Assembly: GCA_964362795.1 (NCBI GenBank)
Contig: CAYIFW010000002.1
Location: 1-51,574 of the forward strand
Direction: 5' to 3'
Length of the DNA: 51,574 bases
Source of the DNA: an uncultured Planctomycetales bacterium
Lineage (GTDB): Bacteria; Omnitrophota; Gorgyraeia; Gygaellales; Profunditerraquicolaceae
Below the pieces are notes generated by a model. That model was not told the origin of the DNA. It ran no database searches and saw nothing but the letters and a program-made list of their open reading frames with translations. Shown piece by piece: positions 51,096 to 51,574 of this stretch; within the stretch, counting starts at the first letter, position 1, and the number at the start of each line of letters is the position of its first letter. The position numbers and the translations under genes were made by a program.

Positions 51096-51574
51096 AAATC
51101 GGTGTAATTTCGGATACTCATATTCCTGATGTATTTGAGCATATCCCCCAGGTAGTTTTAGATGCTTTTAAGCAGGTGGATATAGTTATGCATGCCGGAG
51201 ATATGGTGAGTTTAGCGGCAGTAGATGAATTAAGAGCGGTTTGCTCAAGAGTTGAAGCTGTATCCGGCAATATGGATTTTCCGGAAGTGGCCAGGAAATT
51301 TCCGCAAAAACAAGTTTTTAGTATTCAGGGTTTTAAGCTGGGCCTTATCCATGGAAGCGGTGCGCCGGTAAATCTTAGAGAGCTTCTTAAGGATGCTTTT
51401 AAAAACGATAAGTGTGATGTTATTATTTTCGGGCATTCGCATCTAGCCATGAACAAGCTTGTGGACGGGGTATTATTTTTTAATCCCGGCAGCGCCACCG
51501 ACGGCCTTTTAGAAGGTAAATCTTACGGAATAATTGAAATAGATAAACAGATTAATGCCAGGATAATTAAAATT
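51092..51574 (+). CDS. YfcE/MJ0936-family metallophosphoesterase (3' end truncated by the window edge)
   Basis: Open frame to the end of the window. MKIGVISDTH, HAGD, GNMD and GHSH motifs are present. ATGA overlap with the ATPase stop. Confidence 0.85.
   Translation, partial: MKIGVISDTHIPDVFEHIPQVVLDAFKQVDIVMHAGDMVSLAAVDELRAVCSRVEAVSGNMDFPEVARKFPQKQVFSIQGFKLGLIHGSGAPVNLRELLKDAFKNDKCDVIIFGHSHLAMNKLVDGVLFFNPGSATDGLLEGKSYGIIEIDKQINARIIKI

Noticed and set aside
1-51574. CRISPR arrays, cas genes, toxin-antitoxin pairs, restriction-modification or other recognisable defence islands.
   Set aside because: I saw no regularly spaced direct repeats and no Cas, nuclease or methylase signatures. The only ATPase of unknown role (49500) is reported separately at modest interest.

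Overview
This is a 51.6 kb AT-rich bacterial window in which every supportable gene is on the + strand, mostly with overlapping or near-abutting stop/start codons. Gene content points to a diderm organism (LpxL-like acyltransferase, heptose genes, a beta-barrel outer-membrane protein, TonB, PilT), probably from an uncultivated lineage, but I cannot place it without a database search.

Gene order:
- 1-2.6 kb: tail of the ribosomal alpha operon (rpsK, rpsD, rpoA, rplQ).
- 2.7-10.2 kb: central-metabolism block. It holds an aminotransferase, a LeuC/LeuD-type dehydratase pair split by pilT, an IDH-family dehydrogenase, mdh, lpd and an orphan lipoyl domain.
- 10.3-14.8 kb: Xis-type HTH plus a GAF/HD-GYP protein, then a glycolipid module.
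- 14.8-35.0 kb: an anaerobic-type cobalamin supercluster of about 20 kb, split into two units that each sit behind a cobalamin riboswitch. Unit 1 runs cobC, cobU, cobT, cobS, cobD, cobQ, cbiB, a short peptide ORF, a radical SAM/SPASM protein, cbiA, cbiX, cbiC. Unit 2 runs an outer-membrane protein, cbiMN, cbiQ, cbiO, cbiD, cbiE-L, cbiF, cbiG, cbiH, then a TonB-like gene.
- 35.2-37.7 kb: a stand-alone cassette of radical SAM, PqqD-like protein, short peptide ORF and MenA-type prenyltransferase.
- 37.8-51.6 kb: housekeeping genes. In order: rpsU, Memo-like, DUF1844, Trm112-like, aroQ, pepP, efp, accB, accC, Asp23/AmaP, pfk, gmhA, rfaE-II, thiE, thiC, tRNA-Gly(CCC), a LysM-M23 lipoprotein, an AAA ATPase and a YfcE-like phosphoesterase.

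The best candidates for something undescribed are the two radical-SAM/short-peptide cassettes. One is embedded in the B12-riboswitch-controlled operon. The other is coupled to a PqqD chaperone and a MenA-like prenyltransferase.

All family calls come from motifs I recognise by eye. No searches were run, and start codons are approximate where noted.
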